Assembly (NCBI GenBank): GCA_965220615.1
Contig: CBDCQL010000001.1
Span: 207,096 to 271,095, forward strand
Length of the DNA stretch: 64,000 nucleotides
Source of the DNA: Phototrophicaceae bacterium
Lineage (GTDB): Bacteria > Chloroflexota > Anaerolineae > Aggregatilineales > Phototrophicaceae
Direction: 5' to 3'
In this document: in pieces, positions 9,027 to 17,764 of the stretch
How positions within the stretch are numbered: position 1 is the first letter of the stretch
Layout of the letters: the number at the start of each line of letters is the position of its first letter
Translations under genes and position numbers: made by a program
The notes under the pieces: generated by a model
Databases searched by the model: none
What the model saw: the letters and a program-made list of their open reading frames with translations, nothing else
What the model was told of the DNA's origin: nothing

Positions 9027-10619
9027 TTACATACCGTCGCCGGCTGGTTTCAGATTGTCACGGAAGGTGTACCAGCCGTCCTTGCGTGGCGTGAAGTCAA
9101 AGTCCGCGGAGTAGGCGATGTTGGCCTGCACCTCGTAGAGCGTCACGTTCTGCAGGACGCCGAACCAGTAGTCCCACCACTGGCCCCAGAGCTCCAGACG
9201 CCTGTCGGAGTCCATCTCGGACAGGATAGCGTTGGAAACTTCATCCCATTCCTCGACGCAGACGTCGTGGTGTGCGGCGGGCCAGACGCAGCGATAGAAG
9301 AGCGGCACCAGCGGCACCGAGCAGCCCAGCGTCACCATCATCATGTCGCGGTTGTTGCCTGGCGAGTTGACCTGTTCGCCGAAGGCCGCGGGATCGAGGA
9401 CGTTGAGTTCAACGTTAAACCCGACTTCCTCCAGCATGGCAGCCACGACCTCGGCAACTTCCTTCTCGTTGCCGCCGCGGCTGACGGTCGGCGTATCGAA
9501 GTACACCGTCGGGCCGCCATCCGCATAGCCGGCATCGGCCAGCAATGAACGGGCGAGATCCTGGTCGTAGTGAGCGGTCACCGTCTCCGGGTTGTTGAAG
9601 CTGTCAGCGCCGCCCTCAGGGAAGTGCGGACAGATTCGACCGAGACGCGGGACGGCCGCACCGTGCACCTCGGCCAGCAGATCGCGGTCGATGGCGTGCG
9701 AGATGGCCTGACGCACGTTCAGGTCCAGCGTCGCCGGCTCAAAGTCCGGATAGGTCTCGGCCATGTTGCCAGCGGTGGTATCCACCCTCAGGTAGATATG
9801 CTGCATGACGGCCGCGGTCTCCTTCGTCAGCACGATGTCCTCGGCAGCTTCCAGTCCTGGCAATTCAACCGCCGGAACGTTGCTGACCATGTCCACCTGG
9901 CCCGCCAGCAGCGCGGCCACCTGGGCCGACTGCTCGGGGATCACCTGGTAGATGACGCGGTCCGGTGAGGGTCGTCCGCCCCAGTAGTCGTCCCAGGCCT
10001 CGAAGACGTAGCGGTCGCTCTCGGTGAACTCGCTGAGGACGTAGGGGCCGGAGCCGACCGGAGCGCGGGCGAACTCTTCCTCACCCACTTCCTCTATGTA
10101 GCCAGGCGGCAGCAGTTCACAGCCGTTGAAGCTGACGATGAACTCGAAGTAGGGGGTGGGACCGACCGTCACGATGTCGACGGTGGTCTCGTCCACCACG
10201 ATCACCTCGGCCACGTCCACCCACTGCGGCTGCACCATGAAGTCCTCACGGGTGCGCACACGGTCGATGTTCCACTTGACGGCATTCGCGTCCAGCGGTT
10301 CGCCGTTGTGGAAGGTGATGCCGGGGCGCAGGTTGAAGCGCCAGGTGGTGGGGTCCACGTTCTCCCAGGATTCCGCCGCCTGGCCCACGTAACCGCTGCC
10401 ATCGACAGTTCGCCAGATCAGACAGTCATAGAGCAGGTTGGCCAGCCAGTGAGTCGAAATAAACCAGGTGACCGGCGCGTCCAGGGTGCGAATCGGGCCC
10501 GGATGGGCAAAAACGAATTCCGTTTCTTCCATGTCCTGTGCCGCCAGCGGCACAGCCAGCAGGGCCAGTGCAGCAACCAGCACCAGCACCAGTATTCCCT
10601 TGCGTCTGAAACCAGACAT
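9027..10619 (-). CDS. ABC transporter substrate-binding protein, family 5 (peptide/nickel), paralog 1
   Basis: ORF 9027..10694. Start trimmed to ATG 10619 (MSGFRRKGILVLVLVAALALLAVPLAAQ, signal peptide) behind AAGGAG. Contains WRFNLRPGITFHNGEPLDANAVKWNIDR, typical of SBP family 5. Confidence 0.85.
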   Translation of the reverse strand: MSGFRRKGILVLVLVAALALLAVPLAAQDMEETEFVFAHPGPIRTLDAPVTWFISTHWLANLLYDCLIWRTVDGSGYVGQAAESWENVDPTTWRFNLRPGITFHNGEPLDANAVKWNIDRVRTREDFMVQPQWVDVAEVIVVDETTVDIVTVGPTPYFEFIVSFNGCELLPPGYIEEVGEEEFARAPVGSGPYVLSEFTESDRYVFEAWDDYWGGRPSPDRVIYQVIPEQSAQVAALLAGQVDMVSNVPAVELPGLEAAEDIVLTKETAAVMQHIYLRVDTTAGNMAETYPDFEPATLDLNVRQAISHAIDRDLLAEVHGAAVPRLGRICPHFPEGGADSFNNPETVTAHYDQDLARSLLADAGYADGGPTVYFDTPTVSRGGNEKEVAEVVAAMLEEVGFNVELNVLDPAAFGEQVNSPGNNRDMMMVTLGCSVPLVPLFYRCVWPAAHHDVCVEEWDEVSNAILSEMDSDRRLELWGQWWDYWFGVLQNVTLYEVQANIAYSADFDFTPRKDGWYTFRDNLKPAGDGM

Positions 10620-10719
10620 TGCTTGCTCCTTGTTAAAGGCTTCCTTCATCGGGAATGGCTTTGGCGGTTGGCTATCTCTCCTTCTCCGTCTCATCGCTCA
10701 CCTGCCCGTTGGCGGGGAC

Positions 10720-10749
10720 GGGCCAGGGCCCGTCCCCGCCAGTTCGTAC
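10720..10749 (-). promoter_or_regulatory. Intercistronic perfect 14-bp stem-loop after binding-protein gene 2
   Basis: GGCGGGGACGGGCC (10720-10733), AG loop, GGCCCGTCCCCGCC (10736-10749). It lies between the stop at 10755 and the next start at 10619 and shares the GGGGACGGGCC core with the 8982-9016 hairpin. Confidence 0.5.
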
Positions 10750-10754
10750 CTGCG

Positions 10755-12350
10755 CTAGCCGTCGGCCAGCCCGACGTTGCCGCGGAAGGTCATCCAGCCA
10801 TCCTTGCGCGGGGTGAAGGTGAAGTTCTCCGAGTCATAGGCGTACACCGCCTGGATCTCGTAGAGCGTGATCGTCTGGGCCGTCTCGAACATGTACTCCC
10901 ACCACTGGGCCCACAGGGCCATGCGGGAGTCGAAGTCGATCGTGCTCAGAATATCGTTGGAGACCACGTCCCAGTCTTCATTGCAGATTTTGGCGATGTT
11001 CGAAGGCCAGTTGCACTGGTAGAAGAGCGGCACCAGCGGGGCCGAGCAGCCCAGGTTGACCATCATCAGGTCGCGATGGCCGCCGGTGGTCTGCACCTGT
11101 TCGCGGTAGGCCGAAGGGTCGAGGACGTTCAGCTCGACGTCGAAGCCGACCTCTTCCAGCATGACCGATATCACTTCGGCGACTTCCTTCTCGCTGCCGC
11201 CGCGGGCGTCGGCCGTGGGCGAGTCGAGGTAGATCGTCACGCCGCCGTCAGCGTAGCCGGCCTCGGCCAGCAACTCACGGGCGCGGTCCGGGTCATAGTG
11301 CGCCGCCACGTTGTCCGGATGGTTGAAGCTGTCGGCGCCGCCCTCCGGGAAGTGGGCGCAGACGCGCCCCAGCCTCGCGATGGCCGCGCCATGCACCTCG
11401 GCCAGCAACTCGCGATCAAGGGCGTGGGAGACGGCGTAACGCACGCGCGGATCAAGCGTGACCGGCTGGTAGTCCGGATAGTTCTCCGGCATGATGCCGA
11501 CCTCGGTGTCGATGCGCGCATAGAGGTGCTGCATACGGCCACCGGTGTCCGACACCAGGGAGATGCCCTCGGCCGCTTCAAGTTGATCGCGGTCCGCCGG
11601 CGGCACACCGCTGATCAGGTCCACCTGACCGGCCAGCAGCGCGGCCACCTGGGCGGCCGGCTCGGGGATCACCTGGTAGATGATGCGGTCGACTTCCGGC
11701 CGCCCACCCCAGTAGTCATCCCAGGCGTCGAAGGTGTAGCGGTCGCTCTCGCTGAACTCGGTCAGCATGTAGGGGCCGGAGCCGACCGGGTTGCGGGCGA
11801 ATTCCTCTTCGCCGACCTCGGCCATGTAGTCCGGCGGCAGCAACTGGCAGCCATTGAAGCTGACCAGGTACTCGAAATAGGGATCGGGAGCGTGCGTCGT
11901 GATGTCCAGCGTCACGTCATCGACGATGATCACGTCCTTAACGAAGAGCCACTGCGGGTGCACCATGAAGTCCTCACGGGTGCGCACGCGGTCGATGTTC
12001 CACTTGACGGCCTCGGCGTCGAGCGGCTCACCATTGTGGAAGGTGATGCCCGGGCGCAGGTTGAAGCGCCAGGTGGTGTCGTCGGTGGCTTCCCAGGACG
12101 AGGCCGCCTGACCCACGTAGCCGGAGCCATCCAGCGTGCGCCAGATCAGGCACTCGTAGAGCAGGTTGGTCAGCCAGTGGGTGGAGCCGAACCAGGTGAC
12201 CGGCGCGTCCATCGTGCGGATCGGGCCGGTATGGGCGAACACGAATTCGGTCATCCCGTCGTCCTGCGCCGTGGCGGGCACGCTGACCAGGGCCAGCACG
12301 ACCATCAGCGCCAGGGTGACCAGGACCCCTCTGCGGGTGTTTCTCATCAT
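10755..12350 (-). CDS. ABC transporter substrate-binding protein, family 5, paralog 2
   Basis: ORF 10755..12773. The credible start is ATG 12350 (MMRNTRRGVLVTLALMVVLALVSVPATAQ). Roughly 70 percent identical by eye to paralog 1. The long N-terminal extension overlaps the M24 gene and is Arg/Gly/Pro junk. Confidence 0.85.
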   Translation of the reverse strand: MMRNTRRGVLVTLALMVVLALVSVPATAQDDGMTEFVFAHTGPIRTMDAPVTWFGSTHWLTNLLYECLIWRTLDGSGYVGQAASSWEATDDTTWRFNLRPGITFHNGEPLDAEAVKWNIDRVRTREDFMVHPQWLFVKDVIIVDDVTLDITTHAPDPYFEYLVSFNGCQLLPPDYMAEVGEEEFARNPVGSGPYMLTEFSESDRYTFDAWDDYWGGRPEVDRIIYQVIPEPAAQVAALLAGQVDLISGVPPADRDQLEAAEGISLVSDTGGRMQHLYARIDTEVGIMPENYPDYQPVTLDPRVRYAVSHALDRELLAEVHGAAIARLGRVCAHFPEGGADSFNHPDNVAAHYDPDRARELLAEAGYADGGVTIYLDSPTADARGGSEKEVAEVISVMLEEVGFDVELNVLDPSAYREQVQTTGGHRDLMMVNLGCSAPLVPLFYQCNWPSNIAKICNEDWDVVSNDILSTIDFDSRMALWAQWWEYMFETAQTITLYEIQAVYAYDSENFTFTPRKDGWMTFRGNVGLADG

Positions 12351-12439
12351 CGTTTGCTCCTTGCCTCCAGTGTTAAACGAAAGTGGTCTGGTGTTTCGCC
12401 GGACAGCTCCTTGCCGGGAGCCGTCACCCGCGAAACCCG

Positions 12440-13597
12440 TCAGGCGTCCTCCAGGTCCATATGATAGCGACTGGCGTTGTGCGGAGAAAGCCGCACGCCG
12501 CCCTCCGGCGTCACCAGGAAATTGTCCGAGATCAGGAAGCCGCGATTGTTCGGCGTGATGCTGCCGGGGTGGAAGGACAGGGTCATGTTGGTCTTCAACT
12601 CGAAGTCCGGCGCCGCCTGGTCGCTGGGGCCGTCGCTGCCGTCGAGGCCGGTACTGTGGCAGTCCGGCGTGTGCTTGCCCACCACCTCGAAACCGAGGCT
12701 GCGAATGGCCTCGTCGTTGGCGTCGGCGATCATACCCAGGGTGTTGCCGGTCTTCGCCACGGCGGAAGAGCACTCGGCCGCATAGAGATAGGCATCCAGC
12801 AGGGCCTGCACGTCATCCGGCAGCGGCCCGAAGGAGCAGACGGTCGTCATCTCCAGCCAGTAGCCCCAGGGCGATTCGTAGACGATCTCGAAGTTGATGA
12901 TGTCCTCGGCGCTGATGCGCTGGTCCTTGTCGGTGGGCACCGTCTCGGGCGAAAGGTCCGTCGACAGTTTGGTGCGACCCCAGAAAGCGCCAAAGGACTT
13001 GATGTAGCGTTCCACCTCGGCGCAGACGTCCCAGTAGCGCACGCCGGGCGCGGCGTACTCCGCGAAGACGTCCATCGCGGCGTCCAGAATGGCGCCATTC
13101 TGCTGCATGGCTTCCAGTTCGAAAGGCGTCTTGATCTGGCGAATGGCGTTGAAGTCATTGGTGACCTCGACCAGTTCGCAACCGGGCAGGGCCGCCTCGA
13201 ACTGCCGCGCGGTCCCCAGGGACATCATCTTGTCCATGTTGACCATGCCGATGCGACCGCTGCCGCCAACGTACTCCATGGCCAGTTCCGCCGTGCGCCC
13301 CACGACGTCGGCGGGGCACTCCACGCGCTCCTTCAGGGTCGTGGTCTCGTTGCGGCTCCAGACCGCCTGGTAGGAACTCCAGATCTCCAGCCAGGGGTGT
13401 GGGTCGTCCACGCCGAGGATGACGTAGCCGACTCCGCCCCAGAGATGGGCGTGGCTGATATAGCGGATGGCGCCCATGCCGGAAGGCGAGGCCTGTCCGG
13501 CGATGATCAACGCGCCCACGTCGCGCTTGCGCATCATGTCTTGCAGGCGCGTGATGCGACGCGCCACGTCCCGTTTCAGTCCATCATGCGTCAGCAT
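12440..13597 (-). CDS. M24-family (creatinase/Xaa-Pro aminopeptidase-like) peptidase
   Basis: ORF 12440..13651. Start ATG 13597 (MLTHDGLKRDV) behind GGAGGA. IRQIKTPFELEAMQQNGAILDAAM marks the junction to the pita-bread domain, which is about 230 aa. Confidence 0.7.
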   Translation of the reverse strand: MLTHDGLKRDVARRITRLQDMMRKRDVGALIIAGQASPSGMGAIRYISHAHLWGGVGYVILGVDDPHPWLEIWSSYQAVWSRNETTTLKERVECPADVVGRTAELAMEYVGGSGRIGMVNMDKMMSLGTARQFEAALPGCELVEVTNDFNAIRQIKTPFELEAMQQNGAILDAAMDVFAEYAAPGVRYWDVCAEVERYIKSFGAFWGRTKLSTDLSPETVPTDKDQRISAEDIINFEIVYESPWGYWLEMTTVCSFGPLPDDVQALLDAYLYAAECSSAVAKTGNTLGMIADANDEAIRSLGFEVVGKHTPDCHSTGLDGSDGPSDQAAPDFELKTNMTLSFHPGSITPNNRGFLISDNFLVTPEGGVRLSPHNASRYHMDLEDA

Positions 13598-13657
13598 GCT
13601 TCCTCCTCTCGCTTGTGTACCGCACACTTGCCCGCTTCGCGCGGGTCTCAATCCGCT

Positions 13658-14632
13658 TCATGCGCTCGCCACCTGATCGCCCAGAATCACCAGCACGGTG
13701 TCCTCCGGCGGGACCGGCCAGGACAGACCGCCGTGCAGCATGATGCCGGCGCGCGGTGCGCGGATCGTTTCCAGGCGCTCGCCGGTGAAGGGGTGACGCA
13801 CGTAGCCGACCTCCTCGCCCTCGGCGATCATCTGGCCGCGCTTGCCGGTATCGATGAAGGTGAAGCCGCGCTCACCGGTGGGCATCAGGGTCGTGTGCCC
13901 CTCGATCACGGCGACCTCGTCGCACTCACGTGTCACGTCGCCGTCCGTCATTCCCAAATGGGCCATGGCGTTCAAAATCGCGTTGCGGATGCGCGCCATG
14001 TCGTCCTCGCGATAGTCGCGCAGGCCCGGCCCGCCACCGATGTAGGCGGCCACCGACGCGACGCCGTCCTCGGCCGCGGCCTCCGCCATCGAGTCGTCGG
14101 AGGGCATGTTGTTCAGCACGTGCGGCAGCCCGAGGGACACCGCCAAAGCCTGGGACTTGCCGGCGTTGCCGGACTGCCAGCAACCCGCGTAGCGATGATA
14201 GCTGAACTGCGAACCGGTGCGAATGTCGATCAGCGCGTCCGCGCCGGCGATGGCGCCCTGGTACCAGGCGTGAATCATCTGCTCGCTGACGCTGCCGACG
14301 GCGGAACCGCGTCCGAGCCGGTTGAGGTGCTTCTCGTCCCAGGCGCTGGTGATTTGCTCAAAATCGAAACCGGAGGTGTTCATCAAGGGCACGATGACCA
14401 CCGTCCCGCGGATGTTGGCCGGGTCCAGTTCCTGCGCGACCTTCGGCAAAATCAGCGCGGGCTCGATCTCCATGCCGCTGGTGCCCGACTGCACGATGAG
14501 CCGGGGACCGGGTTGCGCGCCATTAATGATGTGCAGCGGGATGTGCACCGGAAAGCGTCCGTGCGTCTCCCCTGTCTTGAAAAAGCCAAAGGTCTTTTCG
14601 CCCTGGCCGGCTTCCACTGTTCCAAGTTTCAT
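13658..14632 (-). CDS. AstE/AspA (succinylglutamate desuccinylase/aspartoacylase, M14-like) family protein, degenerate metal site
   Basis: ORF 13658..14632. Family N-terminus MKLGTVEAGQGEKTFGFFKTGETHGRFPVHIPLHIINGAQPGPRLIVQSG. The HxxE zinc motif reads SGMEIE and the downstream His position reads IDIRTG (compare DFHAG and NIHSG in the paralogs). Confidence 0.75.
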   Translation of the reverse strand: MKLGTVEAGQGEKTFGFFKTGETHGRFPVHIPLHIINGAQPGPRLIVQSGTSGMEIEPALILPKVAQELDPANIRGTVVIVPLMNTSGFDFEQITSAWDEKHLNRLGRGSAVGSVSEQMIHAWYQGAIAGADALIDIRTGSQFSYHRYAGCWQSGNAGKSQALAVSLGLPHVLNNMPSDDSMAEAAAEDGVASVAAYIGGGPGLRDYREDDMARIRNAILNAMAHLGMTDGDVTRECDEVAVIEGHTTLMPTGERGFTFIDTGKRGQMIAEGEEVGYVRHPFTGERLETIRAPRAGIMLHGGLSWPVPPEDTVLVILGDQVASA

Positions 14633-14671
14633 GTTCAGGCCTCCTGCATCTGCCCCTGACGGGAGAAGTGA

Positions 14672-15706
14672 CTAAAAGGAAACGTACATATCCATCGTGC
14701 GACGGTCCTCGACACGATCGATCGTGCCCAGGATGCCGATGGACGTTGACCCGACGGTTGGCCACTCCTGACCGCTGGGGATTACGATGCCGTCCTGCGG
14801 CGACTTCAGTTCGGCCACCAGTTCGCCCGTCCAGGGGCTCACCAGTTCGCCGTAAACGTCGCCGGCCTTCAGCTCTTCACGGAACTTGCGCTTGCGGATG
14901 AACAGGCCATCGGCGTTGGGCTTCCAGATGACCACGCCCGCGTTGTAGACCGTGCAGAGCGGGCCGTCGGTCTCGAACTCGCCCTCGATGATGCGCATGG
15001 CCTTCAACAGGTTCCAGATGCCGCGCTCGGCATCGCGCACGTTGGCCGCGCCGTTCTTGTGCCAGCCGGTGCCGCCGCCGAATTCCAGCGTGATCTGCAC
15101 CACGCCCTGGTCCTCGACGGAGCGCTTGGTCTCGGTGCCGCCGAAGGTGCCGCGCGGGAAGTAGGCCGCCTGGTCGAGGCCAAAAGCGACCACGATCTTG
15201 CGCCGCCTCATCTGGACTTCCGTCAGGTTCTTCGGCGTATCTTCTTCCATGAAGAGCACGTAACGCTCGTAGGCCGTGCGCGCGCCGGCATGGAAGTCGA
15301 CCATCACGTTGGCCTGACTGATGACTTCCTGAAAATAGATGTGGGCGATCTGGTCGCAGGCGCTGCCGTTGGGGTCGCCCGGGATCTGGCGGGTGATGTC
15401 CTTGCCGTCAATGCGCGAGCCGCGTTCGCCCAGCTCGAAGCCGGCGCGATTGGCCACCGGCACGGCGATGACGTTGCCGCTCATGGTTTCCGGATCGATC
15501 TTCTCAAGAAAGTTCAGAATGGCAATGGACCCGATGATTTCCGCGCCATGCATGGCGCCCTGCACCAGCAGCGTCGGCCCCGGTGACGCCCCCGCGACCA
15601 GATGCACCGGAATATCCGGCGCCATCCCGGCGCGGGTGTACATCGTTTCCAGATAGCCAAAGGCCCGCTCACCTGGTCTTGCCTTGATGTTGCCAACTTT
15701 CAACAT
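14672..15706 (-). CDS. AstE/AspA family deacylase-like zinc hydrolase
   Basis: ORF 14672..15736. Start ATG 15706 (MLKVGNIKARPGERAFGY) behind GGGAGG. Contains QGAMHGAEIIG and VMVDFHAG. Confidence 0.8.
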   Translation of the reverse strand: MLKVGNIKARPGERAFGYLETMYTRAGMAPDIPVHLVAGASPGPTLLVQGAMHGAEIIGSIAILNFLEKIDPETMSGNVIAVPVANRAGFELGERGSRIDGKDITRQIPGDPNGSACDQIAHIYFQEVISQANVMVDFHAGARTAYERYVLFMEEDTPKNLTEVQMRRRKIVVAFGLDQAAYFPRGTFGGTETKRSVEDQGVVQITLEFGGGTGWHKNGAANVRDAERGIWNLLKAMRIIEGEFETDGPLCTVYNAGVVIWKPNADGLFIRKRKFREELKAGDVYGELVSPWTGELVAELKSPQDGIVIPSGQEWPTVGSTSIGILGTIDRVEDRRTMDMYVSF

Positions 15707-15762
15707 GTCTTGCCTCCCTGCCTGAATCCGGCGCAAGAGGGGCGCCGTCTGCCCATGTTACC

Positions 15763-17688
15763 CTATGGAACCGGTGCCAGATACCTCAGAAACCAGTCCC
15801 GAATGCGGTGCAGGCGCTCGATGCGATTGCCCGGTCGCCCGCTGGTGGATAGCCCGTGGTTTTCTCCTTCAAAGATGACCAGTTCGACCGGCCGGCGGCG
15901 CCAGCGCAGCGCCCCGTAGAGCTGCTCGGCCTGTTCCAGACTGGTGCGATGGTCCTGGTCGCTGTGGATGATCAGCAGCGGCGTGTGGCAGTCGTCCATG
16001 TAGGCGATGGGCGACTGGCGCCAGTCGTCCTCCGGCGTCGTCCAGCGCTCCGGCCCGATGTCGGAGGTGCCGAAGTGGCTGAGGTTGTTGGTGATCGAGC
16101 GCTGGGCGACGGCCGCGGCGAAACGGTCCGTGTGGCCCACGATCCAGTTGGTCATGAAGCCGCCGCAGCTGCCGCCGGTCACGCCCATGCGCTCGCCGTC
16201 GATCCAGGGATGGCGCCGCAGCAGGTCGTCCACGCCCAGCATGGTCTCGCGGTAGTCCGCGCCGCCCTGGTCACCCTGGCTGGCCCAGGTCCACTCCTGA
16301 CCGTAGCCGGCGGTCGTGCCACGCTGGTTGAAGTAGGCCACGGCGAAACCCGAGTTGGCGTAGATCTGGTGCTCGTGGTTGAAGTCCTGGCAGAACATCG
16401 AGCAGTGCACGTAGAGCACCAGGGGATAGCGGCGCTGAGGGTCGAAATCCAGCGGCCGAATCAACCAAGAATGAATCGGCACGCCATCCAGGCCTTCGTA
16501 TTCGTAGCTTTCCGGCTGTGACAGCCGCAGGTCGCGCAGCCAGGGGTTGAGGTCGGTCAGACACTCGCTGCGGCCGGCGCGCCAGAGGACCAGTTCGCCC
16601 GGGCTGGACGGGCTGGCCACTCCGCAGGCGACGAGGTCGCCGACGGCCGGGCTGTACTGAAAGACCGTGCTCTCGCCACGGATCAGGCGCTCGCTGCGGC
16701 CGTCGACGTCACCGCGCCAGAGGTTGGCCGCGCCGCGCTCGGTCAACTGGAAGTAGAACCAGCGATCGCCGTGCGCCCATTTGACGGATACGTTGGCCAG
16801 CCCCGGCCGCTGGTCGGAGACACCGTAGTTGCCGACTTCCGCGTCGAGCGCCTCGTCCAGTTCGGCGGCGGTGCCGGCCTCCACATCGGCGACGCAGGGA
16901 TGCCAGTGATTGCGACGGTTCACCGGCGGCGCATGGTTGTGGCCGGCGAAAGCGATGTGGCGGTCGTCGTTGCCCCAGGCCGGGCTGACGGCCGAGCCCT
17001 GCCAACCCGGCAGCAGGGGGCGCGGCGCCGGGCCGGGCGGCCAGTCGCAGAGGTAGATCTGGCCCTGACCCGCCGGGATGTCCTGCTCGCGCGCAGTGGC
17101 GACGAAGGCCAGACGCGTGCCGTCCAGGCTCCAGGCCGGTTCCGAGTAATCGCACTCGCTGTGCGTGACTTGCTGCAAGTCGCCCGTGACCGCGTTAATC
17201 ACGACGATCTGCTGGTAGCGATCGTGCACCCAGCCGAGGCCGTCGCGCTTGTAACGCAGGCGCCGGATCACCTTGATGGTCGGCGCGGGCACGCCTGGTT
17301 GCGGACCGCGGCGTTCCAGCGGGTGCCGCATCGGGGTCCAGCGCGCCGCCGCCAGATGGATGCCATCCGGCGCCCAGTCCAACCCGCCGACCGGCTCGTC
17401 GCCCAGCGGAATGTTCCGCTCCGTTCCATCTGCGAGGCGCAGGATGCGCAGGGAGTTGCCATCGGCGTCCTGCTGATTCCAGGCGAGTTGCGCGCCGTCG
17501 CGGCTCCAGGCCAGGGAAGAGGCGCGGCTGGCGCCGGCCGTCAAACGTTGTGCGGCGCTATCCTCCAGGTGACGCAAATACAGGTGAATGCGGTAGCCGT
17601 TGGTCTCGCCGTCCGGCGCGCGCAGGCTGTAGGCGACGCGGCTGCCATCCGGCGCGAGGGCAATCTCCTCCAGCCAGCGGAAGTTCAT
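15763..17688 (-). CDS. S9-family serine peptidase (acylaminoacyl-peptidase / dipeptidyl-peptidase type) with N-terminal beta-propeller, paralog 1
   Basis: ORF 15763..17688. Catalytic-triad context GVTGGSCGGFMTNW, IIHSDQDHRT, FEGENHGL. The N-terminal half has WD/TolB-like propeller repeats (LAWSRDG, LDWAPDG, PAWSLDG, PAWGNDD). Confidence 0.85.
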   Translation of the reverse strand: MNFRWLEEIALAPDGSRVAYSLRAPDGETNGYRIHLYLRHLEDSAAQRLTAGASRASSLAWSRDGAQLAWNQQDADGNSLRILRLADGTERNIPLGDEPVGGLDWAPDGIHLAAARWTPMRHPLERRGPQPGVPAPTIKVIRRLRYKRDGLGWVHDRYQQIVVINAVTGDLQQVTHSECDYSEPAWSLDGTRLAFVATAREQDIPAGQGQIYLCDWPPGPAPRPLLPGWQGSAVSPAWGNDDRHIAFAGHNHAPPVNRRNHWHPCVADVEAGTAAELDEALDAEVGNYGVSDQRPGLANVSVKWAHGDRWFYFQLTERGAANLWRGDVDGRSERLIRGESTVFQYSPAVGDLVACGVASPSSPGELVLWRAGRSECLTDLNPWLRDLRLSQPESYEYEGLDGVPIHSWLIRPLDFDPQRRYPLVLYVHCSMFCQDFNHEHQIYANSGFAVAYFNQRGTTAGYGQEWTWASQGDQGGADYRETMLGVDDLLRRHPWIDGERMGVTGGSCGGFMTNWIVGHTDRFAAAVAQRSITNNLSHFGTSDIGPERWTTPEDDWRQSPIAYMDDCHTPLLIIHSDQDHRTSLEQAEQLYGALRWRRRPVELVIFEGENHGLSTSGRPGNRIERLHRIRDWFLRYLAPVP

Positions 17689-17764
17689 CAGGTCTTCGGG
17701 GATGAGACCGCGTTGTCGTTCCGCCCCGCCTGCGATGTAAACCTCCCCCCTGCCTGGCCTGCAG

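Noticed and set aside
12351-12773. 141-codon N-terminal extension of binding-protein paralog 2. Comparable extensions occur on the ORFs at 1455, 2942, 7129, 8057, 10694, 15736, 19831, 33368, 47879, 55098 and 59244.
   Set aside because: The extensions overlap the upstream genes, lack similarity to the paralogs, and skip obvious SD-plus-signal-peptide or family-typical starts further in.
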